Positions 41,384-49,263 of a stretch of 64,000 bases of DNA are shown piece after piece (within the stretch, counting starts at the first letter, position 1; each line of letters begins with the position of its first letter). Origin of the DNA: an uncultured Candidatus Saccharibacteria bacterium (GTDB taxonomy: Bacteria > Patescibacteriota > UBA1384 > JACPKC01). The stretch covers positions 73,270 through 137,269 of the forward strand of contig CAYRGD010000003.1 of the NCBI GenBank assembly GCA_964423885.1, written 5' to 3'. The translations under genes and the position numbers were made by a program. The notes under the pieces were generated by a model. That model was not told where the DNA came from. It saw only the letters and a list, made by a program, of their open reading frames with translations, and did not search any database.

Positions 41384-41863
41384 CTAGTCTTTCGGAAGCG
41401 GGATGGGTTCGCTTGGATCGTCCGTCGGATGGGGCGATTCGTGCGGTGGGTGCATCATCCCTTTCGGTACGGGTATCGGACGACTTGGGTCGTCGATCCT
41501 AGGACGTGGTGCCGGCGTAGTGGTTTTCGGGATTGGTATAGGCTCGCTGAGGTCTGTATCGCTTGATTGCGGTGTGCCGGGCGCAGTGCGCAGTTGGCTG
41601 GGCAACGGGATTGGATCGCTCAGCTGCTCGACTCGGCGCGTCACGCCGGTTCTGGGTTTTGGGATCGGCTGATGACGTGCGTCATGGGGAGCGGCCTCTG
41701 CGCTGGCACTGCCACCAGTAAGGAGCGCTGCTGCGGCACCGATGCTGGTAATGAACCGGCGCCATGATGACGGCTCTCGGGCAGACTTTTCTGGCGTGAC
41801 CGGATCTGTCGATGCTGCGCGCTGATCCGCATCTTCGGGCGTGAATCCTTCGCGTTCACCCAT
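41384..41863 (-). CDS. Small Pro-rich repeat protein with internal signal-like segment
   Basis: SD AAGGAGG before the ATG at 41863; hydrophobic AAAALLTGG..AEA segment; repeated (D/L)SxPIPxP units. Confidence 0.65.
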   Translation of the reverse strand: MGEREGFTPEDADQRAASTDPVTPEKSAREPSSWRRFITSIGAAAALLTGGSASAEAAPHDARHQPIPKPRTGVTRRVEQLSDPIPLPSQLRTAPGTPQSSDTDLSEPIPIPKTTTPAPRPRIDDPSRPIPVPKGMMHPPHESPHPTDDPSEPIPLPKD

Positions 41864-41902
41864 GTATCCTCCTTTGTTTGACAATTATATCACCGACAAC
41901 GA

Positions 41903-43228
41903 TCATTTCCGGGTGAGTACGGCCAGTGTCTCGATGTGCGGCGTTTGTGGGAAGAAATCGAACGGCTGGATGGACGTTGGTTGGTACGTTGCCACAAGGA
42001 GCTTGAGGTCGCGGGCAAGTGTCGCCGGGTCGCAGGAGACGTAGGCGATACGCTCGGGCATATCGCGCAGCAGGGCGTCGATAACCTGCCGCTCCAGGCC
42101 GGTGCGGGGCGGGTCGACGATCACGGTCGTATCCGGCAGAAGTCGGTTGCGTACAAGGTAATTGGCAGCGGTCGAACCTACCGATATCGTGTCGCTCTCG
42201 CGGTCGAGCGCTGCGGCATTCCGCTTGGCATCGTCGATCGCCTGCCTGTGTGATTCCACGAGCGTGAGTGGTGTCGAGCTGCCGGCCGCGCCGAACCCCA
42301 TGAGTCCTACGCCGGCGTAGAGGTCGGTGATCCGAACGGATCCGGCCAACTGTTCCTGTAGTGCCGCCAGCAACAACTCCGCCGCTTCGACGTTGGCCTG
42401 GAAGAAACTCGTCGCGTCGTACGATAACCGGAGTGTCCCAACGCGCTCGGTCAGTACGCGGCTGCCCGCGAGCACCGTTGTCCGGTCGAACCGGGCCACC
42501 TGGTCACGCGCGTCGTTGGCCGACCAGACGATGCCGGTCACGGGCAATTCGTCGAAGTACCCGACAAGCGACGGGTCGGGCGCGATACCCGATGTCGCAA
42601 CCAGGTGGACCACCAGCTCGTTGCCGTGCACGCTGCGGCGGAAGATGACGTTCCGTAATCCTTCGCGGTTGCCGCGCGGCGACCAGATCGGATGGGATGC
42701 TGCATTGGCCCACGCGCTGATCCGCTCGAGCAGGCCGGCGGCGGATTCCCCGAACAACGCCGAGCCCTGGGCAGGGTCGATCTGGGTGTCGCTGCCAGGT
42801 AGAAGTGTGCCGAGTACGATGCCATCCTCGCGTTCGGCGAACGCGTAGGCGATACGGTTGCGGTAGCCCCATTCTTGCGGCGACGCGGTGATCGGACGGA
42901 TCGGGGTGTCAGTGAGGCCGCCGATCCTGCGTAAGGCGTCGCGTACGATCCGTTCCTTGGCGGCGAGCTGGGCGCCGTACGCGATGTGCGCCCAGGTCGC
43001 GCCGCCGAGCTGGGCAGCCGGAAACGGCGGCGGTACCCGGCTGGCCGATGGCTCAAGGATCTCTGTCGCCGTTCCGCGGGCCCAGCGGGCCGTTTCCTTG
43101 GTGAGCCTGACGCGCACATGTTCATTGGGTGCGCCGCCCGCTACGAACACGGCTCGGCCGTCGGGCAGACGGCCGATCGTGTCGCCGCCGGCAATGAGAT
43201 CGGTGGTACGGATATCGAGGTCGGGCAT
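41903..43228 (-). CDS. rlmD: 23S rRNA (uracil-5-)-methyltransferase RlmD/TrmA family with TRAM domain
   Basis: SFFQAN, DLYAGVG, VDPPRTGL, YVSCDPATLARD and DFFPQTPHIE motifs. Confidence 0.9.
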   Translation of the reverse strand: MPDLDIRTTDLIAGGDTIGRLPDGRAVFVAGGAPNEHVRVRLTKETARWARGTATEILEPSASRVPPPFPAAQLGGATWAHIAYGAQLAAKERIVRDALRRIGGLTDTPIRPITASPQEWGYRNRIAYAFAEREDGIVLGTLLPGSDTQIDPAQGSALFGESAAGLLERISAWANAASHPIWSPRGNREGLRNVIFRRSVHGNELVVHLVATSGIAPDPSLVGYFDELPVTGIVWSANDARDQVARFDRTTVLAGSRVLTERVGTLRLSYDATSFFQANVEAAELLLAALQEQLAGSVRITDLYAGVGLMGFGAAGSSTPLTLVESHRQAIDDAKRNAAALDRESDTISVGSTAANYLVRNRLLPDTTVIVDPPRTGLERQVIDALLRDMPERIAYVSCDPATLARDLKLLVATYQPTSIQPFDFFPQTPHIETLAVLTRK

Positions 43229-43313
43229 CGGTTCTTCCTGTATGTTCGCGTTCCTGCTTGCGCTATGATAACCGACCGGCCTGTTGCCGGGCAGACGCAC
43301 GCAAGGAGGAGCC

Positions 43314-43796
43314 ATGGACGCCGCCGTCGAAGACCAGGTGCAGACGCACGACCAGCTCGAAGGGGCGCTCGGCCAAGCGACGGCCGCGCTGCTGCCGCGC
43401 CGGATCAGTCTCATCGAAAAATACAAGGCCGAGATCAAGATCGCCCGCGAGACCTTGAAGGCCGCGCTCGACGAGAGCCCGGAGTACGAACAGGCCTCGG
43501 TCGAGGCCGCTGCCGCTGCCCAGAAGAAGAAACAGCTCAAGGAGCAGCTCTGGTCGAGCCAAGACCATCAGGCGTTGGTTTGGAAGATCAAGGAAAACCA
43601 AGAAGAGATCGCGGTGTTGGAAGAAAGCCTGACAGCCGAGCTCATGCAGCTCTTCCAGACGCAGCAGGTCGACGAGGTGCCTGACGAGAACGGCGAGCCG
43701 CGCAAGTTCAAGATCACCGCGAAACTACTGCCGAAAGCCGCGAACAAGAGCCCGTTCGACCGTGACGCGCAAGCGCCGGGGATGGTTATCGGGTAG
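43314..43796 (+). CDS. Conserved hypothetical coiled-coil protein
   Basis: SD AGGAGG, host-like codon usage and a helical E/K-rich sequence. Confidence 0.7.
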   Translation: MDAAVEDQVQTHDQLEGALGQATAALLPRRISLIEKYKAEIKIARETLKAALDESPEYEQASVEAAAAAQKKKQLKEQLWSSQDHQALVWKIKENQEEIAVLEESLTAELMQLFQTQQVDEVPDENGEPRKFKITAKLLPKAANKSPFDRDAQAPGMVIG

Positions 43797-43829
43797 CATA
43801 GGGCGCGTACCCGCAGTGAAAGGAACGGT

Positions 43830-44243
43830 ATGAACGCACATATCTCGCCCTATCTCACGTTTGACGGCAATTGCAAGGAGGCGCTCGAGTTCTACGGCCA
43901 CGTCTTGGGCGGCACCGTCGAGCTGCATCCGTTCAAGGAATACGACACGGACGGGCAGGGCGACCCCGCTTTTGCCGACAAGATCATGCACGGCATGCTG
44001 CAGCACGACGCCGTCAGTTTTATGGCGAGCGATAAGGCGCTCCCGGGTGAGTACGTAGTCGGCAACCACATGAGCATGTCGATCTCGGGCACCGACGCCG
44101 ATTACCTGCGCGCGGCGTTCGCCGGCTTGGCCGAGGGCGGCACGGTAGCGATGCCGCTCGAGAAGCAGGTCTGGGGCGACGAGTTCGGGATGTTGACCGA
44201 CAAGTTCGGGATCGTCTGGATGGTCAATATCTCGGCGAAGTAA
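43830..44243 (+). CDS. VOC/PhnB family protein
   Basis: PYL.FDGNC.EA..FY, IMH, MASD and WG..FGM.TDKFG..W motifs. Confidence 0.9.
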   Translation: MNAHISPYLTFDGNCKEALEFYGHVLGGTVELHPFKEYDTDGQGDPAFADKIMHGMLQHDAVSFMASDKALPGEYVVGNHMSMSISGTDADYLRAAFAGLAEGGTVAMPLEKQVWGDEFGMLTDKFGIVWMVNISAK

Positions 44244-44267
44244 CCAGCTGCCACAGTAGGACGAACA

Positions 44268-44297
44268 AAACGGGATGCCTTGAACGGCATCCCGTTT
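44268..44297. terminator. Bidirectional terminator
   Basis: AAACGGGATGCC-TTGAAC-GGCATCCCGTTT between convergent genes. Confidence 0.8.
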
Positions 44298-44318
44298 ACG
44301 TGTGTGTTCCGCGCGTGG

Positions 44319-45764
44319 TCAGTTCTTGGCGACGACGTGGAAGCCGCGGACCGGCTTCAAGAGCGCGTAGAGAACCGATGCGCCCTCGACCGCGTTCACG
44401 AACGGCATGAGCAGGAAAGTTGCCAGATAGATACCGAACTTTTTCACGAACGGGAAATCAGTATCGAGCAGGTTGCGGTAGGCGCCTACCAGGTAGATCG
44501 CCGCGTACCCGCCTTGCAATAAGGCCGCTGCCACGGCCAGCGGGGCCGGGAAGTACCCGCCGCCGAACGCGATGTTGGCGAGCGTGACGATCGGGCCGAG
44601 CCAGGCGACCATCCAGAGGAACATGTTGATCATGAGTAGGAAGCGCGTCCGGAACCGGATGTCTTGGTCGAACGCCAGGAACATGAGGCCGTTGAACCAG
44701 CGGCGGCGCTGCTTCAGGATGTCGGATACCGTGAACGGCGACTGCTCGCGGATAGCGCCGTCGACCCAGCCGAACCGGATACCGCGGTCGGATGCCTTGA
44801 ACGCGAAGTACGCGTCTTCGGTGATCGACTGTTCCGGCGACAGGTCGAAGCCAATGGCCTGCTCGACCGCAGCGGGCACGAGGACGTACGAGCCGTGCAT
44901 CCCGAAGAGCGGCTTACCGAAGAACTTGTACTGGAATCGGAAGCGGCCCAGGTCGTCGCCGGTACGGATACTGTCCGCGGCCGTGATGAACAGGTTGCGG
45001 TTGTACTCGTAGGCGTTGTACTTGATCTCGCCCTGGCCGATTTTCATGGCGTTCGCGGGATCATTGACGAACTCGTGGATGCCGACGACGGCCGATTCGG
45101 TCACGACGCTCTCTTCGTCGAGGTGCAGGAGCCAAGTGTCCGGGTGGCCGGCGCTGTGATGGTGCGGCGTATTCCGCGCTTCCACCAAGTAGTGGAGGGC
45201 CCGCGCCTTGTATTTGGCAGTGCTGCCTGTCCGGTAATCCGTGGGGACGACATGGAACTGGGTGTTGAGGGCGTTCGTGACCGTGTCGGCGACCGCGATA
45301 TCCGTGACGACGTCGATCATAAAGTCGGCGCCCATGCGGAACAGGACGGCCGACGTTTCGCTGACTGAACGTTCAAGCGCCTTGGCGTTGTCGCCGCGCG
45401 AGACATACGTAACGACCAACCGTTTGCCGGGATTCCAACCGGTCCGGCGGAACTGTTCGAGCGCCGAACGCTCTTTGGCGCGGGGCGAGCCGTAGGCCAG
45501 AAGTCCGGCCACGTTGGCGATCACGACGAGGAAGCCGGTGAACCAGAAGAACTTCGAGAGGTAGAGTGCGGTGGCAAGCGGGGTCGTGAGCGTGCTCGGA
45601 TCGTTGTTGACGAAGAAGTGCCCGAATAGGAACGCGTACCCGATAAGAGGCAGTACGACCGACGCGTAATAGACCGCGTTGTCGACCGCAGCCGAGAGCT
45701 GTGCGGGTACGTGGGCAACCGAGGTATCGAACGACGGTGCGAATGCGGCCTGACGTTGCTTCAT
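44319..45764 (-). CDS. GT2 glycosyltransferase resembling Egghead/BRE-3 beta-1,4-mannosyltransferase
   Basis: KARALHY, W..HLDEE, GQG.I.Y, ADS.R..DD.G..R.Q.K.F.KPLF, GSYV, S..ED and E.SPFT..D...QRRRW motifs; SD AAGGAG. Confidence 0.8.
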   Translation of the reverse strand: MKQRQAAFAPSFDTSVAHVPAQLSAAVDNAVYYASVVLPLIGYAFLFGHFFVNNDPSTLTTPLATALYLSKFFWFTGFLVVIANVAGLLAYGSPRAKERSALEQFRRTGWNPGKRLVVTYVSRGDNAKALERSVSETSAVLFRMGADFMIDVVTDIAVADTVTNALNTQFHVVPTDYRTGSTAKYKARALHYLVEARNTPHHHSAGHPDTWLLHLDEESVVTESAVVGIHEFVNDPANAMKIGQGEIKYNAYEYNRNLFITAADSIRTGDDLGRFRFQYKFFGKPLFGMHGSYVLVPAAVEQAIGFDLSPEQSITEDAYFAFKASDRGIRFGWVDGAIREQSPFTVSDILKQRRRWFNGLMFLAFDQDIRFRTRFLLMINMFLWMVAWLGPIVTLANIAFGGGYFPAPLAVAAALLQGGYAAIYLVGAYRNLLDTDFPFVKKFGIYLATFLLMPFVNAVEGASVLYALLKPVRGFHVVAKN

Positions 45765-45796
45765 ACGGGCAAGCTCCTTCGTTGGGATGACGCGGG

Positions 45797-45825
45797 AATA
45801 TACCAACGGACGTGAGAGGTGTCAA
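45797..45825 (-). promoter_or_regulatory. Sigma70 promoter for the Egh-like GT2
   Basis: Minus-strand TTGACA-17 nt-TATATT. Confidence 0.7.
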
Positions 45826-45845
45826 GAGATCTGGGTGACCGCCTG

Positions 45846-45874
45846 TTGACATACTCCAGTGGCAGTGCTATTGT
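45846..45874 (+). promoter_or_regulatory. Sigma70 promoter for the divergent glycan operon
   Basis: TTGACA-17 nt-TATTGT. Confidence 0.7.
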
Positions 45875-45904
45875 CTCACGTTCGTAAAGTATTTGTATTC
45901 CATT

Positions 45905-46084
45905 ATGACCCACACGCCCTACTTCATCCTGCTCGCGCTCTACGCCGGCTTCGTGGCCAGCGTTGTTGCGGTCAACGTCGCCGTGTTGGCGCTTACCGCC
46001 GTACTGCAACGGTTCTGGTCGTGGCAGCGCCGCCGTGCCGAGCGGACCGCGCCGGTGCCGCAGGGAGCTGTCGCCAATGCGTAA
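45905..46084 (+). CDS. Small single-pass membrane protein
   Basis: 59 aa with a long hydrophobic helix followed by a basic tail; overlaps the start of the next gene. Confidence 0.55.
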   Translation: MTHTPYFILLALYAGFVASVVAVNVAVLALTAVLQRFWSWQRRRAERTAPVPQGAVANA

Positions 46085-46730
46085 GGCTGCCCGTTTCAAG
46101 GCTGCGTTGCGGCGGTTCACGGCCCCGGTGCCGTTCCTGCTGCTCGGGATCGTGTCGATCGCCGTCTCGGCGTTCGTGTTTTTGAACGGCTTCGAGCTGG
46201 CGACGAACGTGAATATCCCCTACGCGTTCGCGATCGAACCCGTGCCTGTCGCCGGCCTGGTCGCCGACAACCGGTCCGACGAGGTAGCGGCCCGCCCCGA
46301 GACGGCCGTGGGTAACTTCGGCGAGCCGAAATACCTGAAAGTCGCGACGCAGACGACCCGGCTGCCGCTGGTCCCCGGCGTCGAGGCGGGCGGCGAGTTC
46401 CTGGCCCGGGCCGCGGTCGGCCACGTGGTGCTGCTGGGTACCGCCAAGAGCGGCAACCTGGGCAACGCGCTCGTGTACTTGCGTACCAGCTGGCGGAGCG
46501 TCGCCCACCCGGAACAGATCGTCCCGGGAACGAACGTCTTCGTCGATACCGACCGTGATTGGCGCTACATGTACCGGGTGACCGAGGTCGCCGACCTGGC
46601 GGCCGGGACGCCGTACCTTGTGCCCGACAGCGTCAAGGCGCACCTCGGTATCGCGTTCGTGAGCGAGAGCGGTACGAGCGTCCGACTCGTGCTCGCGGAC
46701 TTCGTCAATATCCAAAACATCCAGCAATGA
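46077..46730 (+). CDS. Membrane-anchored sortase-fold protein lacking catalytic His/Cys
   Basis: N-terminal TM, then sortase-like strand order: P..L.V, GH, GN.LV, G..V.V, Y.YRV and RLVLA. Confidence 0.55.
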   Translation: MRKAARFKAALRRFTAPVPFLLLGIVSIAVSAFVFLNGFELATNVNIPYAFAIEPVPVAGLVADNRSDEVAARPETAVGNFGEPKYLKVATQTTRLPLVPGVEAGGEFLARAAVGHVVLLGTAKSGNLGNALVYLRTSWRSVAHPEQIVPGTNVFVDTDRDWRYMYRVTEVADLAAGTPYLVPDSVKAHLGIAFVSESGTSVRLVLADFVNIQNIQQ

Positions 46731-47998
46731 GCAACGAATTCATCCTGCTTCGGAACGCTACGATCTTCTTCGCCACGATCATGTTGGTGAAGTACTACGC
46801 GTTCCTGTTACTGGCGCCGTTCCATGCGCTCAAGGAAGCTTGGCGGGCCGAGCGGCTGCGTCGCCAGGCTATCGTGCCGGGGCAGTACCGGCCGCGCGTC
46901 AGCGTCATCATCCCGGCCTGGAACGAGGCGGTCGGTATCCTGGGAACCGTCCGGTCGGTGCTCGCGAACGCGTATCCTGATATCGAGGTCGTGATCGTGA
47001 ACGACGGTTCGACCGACGATTCCGACGCCGTGGTGCGCCAATTCCTGCAGGAACAGAAACTCGCCCCGCTCCACCCGAGCGCAAAGCTCCGCTATACGTA
47101 CAAAGAGAACGGCGGCAAGGGTACGGCGCTCAACGAAGGTATCCGGCAGGCGACGGGCGAGATTATCCTGACCGTCGACGCCGACTCCGCGCTCCATCCG
47201 GAAGCTGTCGAGCGGCTCGTCCGCTACTTCGAGGATCCGAGCGTGGACGCTGCGGTCGGCAACGTCAAGGTCGCCAAGAATCCGACGCTCATCGGCCTCT
47301 TGCAGCAGCTCGAGTACCTGTTCGGGTTCTACTTCAAGCGCGCCCACTCGGTGCTCGACGCCGAGTACATTTTCGGTGGTGCCTGCGCGGCCTTCCGCAA
47401 AGACGCGACGTTCGTCCGGCTCGGCCTGTTCGACGAAGCCAACAAGACCGAGGACATCGAGATGTCGCTGCGGGCCCGCTACAACGGCCTCACCAGCGTC
47501 TACATGGAAGACGTGATCTGCTACACCGAAGGTGCCAGCTCTATCCAAGGACTCGTGAACCAACGGCTCCGGTGGAAGAAGGGGCGTTTCGATACCTTGG
47601 CGCGCTACCGCCGCATGTTCTTCTCGCTCGATCCCAAGCATAACCGGTTCCTGGCCTGGTTCATCCTGCCGTACACGCTCCTGTCCGAGCTGCAGCTGCT
47701 GTTCGAACCGCTCGGCATCGCCCTGCTCGTTACCTACAGTATCGTCTCGGCCGACTTCCTGTCGTTGGCGCTCGGCATCCTGTTCGTGTTCGTGACCTAT
47801 CTCGTGAACGCGCTCTTCGCCGGTGGCCCGGCCGACTTGAAGCTCTTCCCGCTGTTCCTGGTCACCTGGCCGCTGTTCTACTTCTTGGTATGGATCGAAT
47901 GGCTCGCGCTCGTGAAAAGTATGGCAATGGTCGTCCGCGGCGACGACATCGTCTGGCAGCGCTGGGACCGCAAAGGCATTACGGAGGCACACGCATGA
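46727..47998 (+). CDS. Processive GT2 glycan synthase (PgaC/IcaA/cellulose-synthase-like)
   Basis: IPAWNE, NDGSTD, GKGTALN, DAD, TED and QRLRW motifs; C-terminal TM helices. Confidence 0.88.
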   Translation: MSNEFILLRNATIFFATIMLVKYYAFLLLAPFHALKEAWRAERLRRQAIVPGQYRPRVSVIIPAWNEAVGILGTVRSVLANAYPDIEVVIVNDGSTDDSDAVVRQFLQEQKLAPLHPSAKLRYTYKENGGKGTALNEGIRQATGEIILTVDADSALHPEAVERLVRYFEDPSVDAAVGNVKVAKNPTLIGLLQQLEYLFGFYFKRAHSVLDAEYIFGGACAAFRKDATFVRLGLFDEANKTEDIEMSLRARYNGLTSVYMEDVICYTEGASSIQGLVNQRLRWKKGRFDTLARYRRMFFSLDPKHNRFLAWFILPYTLLSELQLLFEPLGIALLVTYSIVSADFLSLALGILFVFVTYLVNALFAGGPADLKLFPLFLVTWPLFYFLVWIEWLALVKSMAMVVRGDDIVWQRWDRKGITEAHA

Positions 47999-49185
47999 AA
48001 ACCCGCGAACTCGTTCTCTACACGATCGGCTTCATCCTCGCCTCGCTCTACTCGGCCAACGTGGTGACCGGCAGCCTGCTGCACGTGTCGCTGTCACCCG
48101 AGTCGATCCGCCAGTTCGTCGCCGACCGCACGGAGGCTAAAACGGTCTCGGGCGGCGGCGCTTGCTCGGCCGACGCGGCACTGGTGCTGTCTGCGTCCAG
48201 CGAACCCCACCTTGCCAAACTCGCCGAATACCAAGAGGCGTGTTCGTCGCTCGTTGCCGGCGAGCTGATGCTCTTTACCGATATGCCGAACAGCGACACC
48301 GATGCCTATGCCAGGGCGACCGCGTTCGCGGCGACGCTGAAGGCGTTCAAGGCTGCCGGCGTCCGGCCGCTCGTCATGGTCGAGCCGGTCACGGACTGGG
48401 GCCTCATCGACTTCGCGGAATTCAATTCGGGCTTCTATGACAGTTGGCTCAAAACCTACTTCCAGACGCTCCGTGCTGCCGGGATCACCGACGCCGACAT
48501 GGGCACCTGGGGCCCGTTCCCGGAGGCGAACCTGCCGTACTGGAACAACGCGAACGCCACGCCGGCCGACTTCGCGAACGTCGTCAACCGCTACCTGCGC
48601 ATCATGAAGCAGGTGTTTCCCGGTGCCAGCGGCACGGTACTGTTGAATTCCGCGACCTACGAAACCACCGACTTCGAGTGGCGGAACGGCGAGTACGTCA
48701 GCCTGCGTGCGTACGTGACCGGCCTCGACAAGACGCTGGTGACGAGTTTCGGCCTGCAGGGATTCCCGTGGATGCCCGACGCGACCCAGACGGGCCCGGG
48801 GATCTTCGACGCCGGCGAGTACTTGAACTGGCACCTGGCGGCCGAAGCGGCCGACCTCTTAGGCACGAAGGACGTGTGGTTCAACACCGGCACCTTCGGC
48901 GCCAAATACACGCTCGACCAGGACAAGACGGTGACGCTCGCGCCGGCGAAGCGTGCCGATATGCTTAACGGGATCCTCGACGAGGCCCTGAAGCTCAAGA
49001 CGGCGGGGTACCGGATCCGCATCAACCTTTTCGCTGAAAACAAGCGCACCGTCGCCGAAGCGACCGACTGGTCGTACTGGCCGACTGGCGGGCAGCTGAC
49101 CTCGCCCCATATGCCCGTGTTCACCGCCTTTGCCCGGCGCGCCGCCCAGGCCCAGATCCCGCTCTCGCTGTTCGACACCAAGTAG
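47995..49185 (+). CDS. Secreted/anchored TIM-barrel glycoside hydrolase-like protein (GH26-like)
   Basis: N-terminal TM; PLVMVEP, G.YD..L..Y, PFPEAN.PYW and FGLQGFPW motifs. Confidence 0.55.
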   Translation: MKTRELVLYTIGFILASLYSANVVTGSLLHVSLSPESIRQFVADRTEAKTVSGGGACSADAALVLSASSEPHLAKLAEYQEACSSLVAGELMLFTDMPNSDTDAYARATAFAATLKAFKAAGVRPLVMVEPVTDWGLIDFAEFNSGFYDSWLKTYFQTLRAAGITDADMGTWGPFPEANLPYWNNANATPADFANVVNRYLRIMKQVFPGASGTVLLNSATYETTDFEWRNGEYVSLRAYVTGLDKTLVTSFGLQGFPWMPDATQTGPGIFDAGEYLNWHLAAEAADLLGTKDVWFNTGTFGAKYTLDQDKTVTLAPAKRADMLNGILDEALKLKTAGYRIRINLFAENKRTVAEATDWSYWPTGGQLTSPHMPVFTAFARRAAQAQIPLSLFDTK

Positions 49186-49263
49186 CGCCGCCGCCGCCGG
49201 TTTGCTACGCTAGCTAGGCACATCGCGCCTGCTGCGCGGAGCATCGGTAAGGAGAGGGTATTG

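Noticed and set aside
38975-41900. Intact integrative element at tRNA-Asn
   Set aside because: No integrase or transposase, and I found no direct repeat of the tRNA 3' end; only the compositional shift remains.
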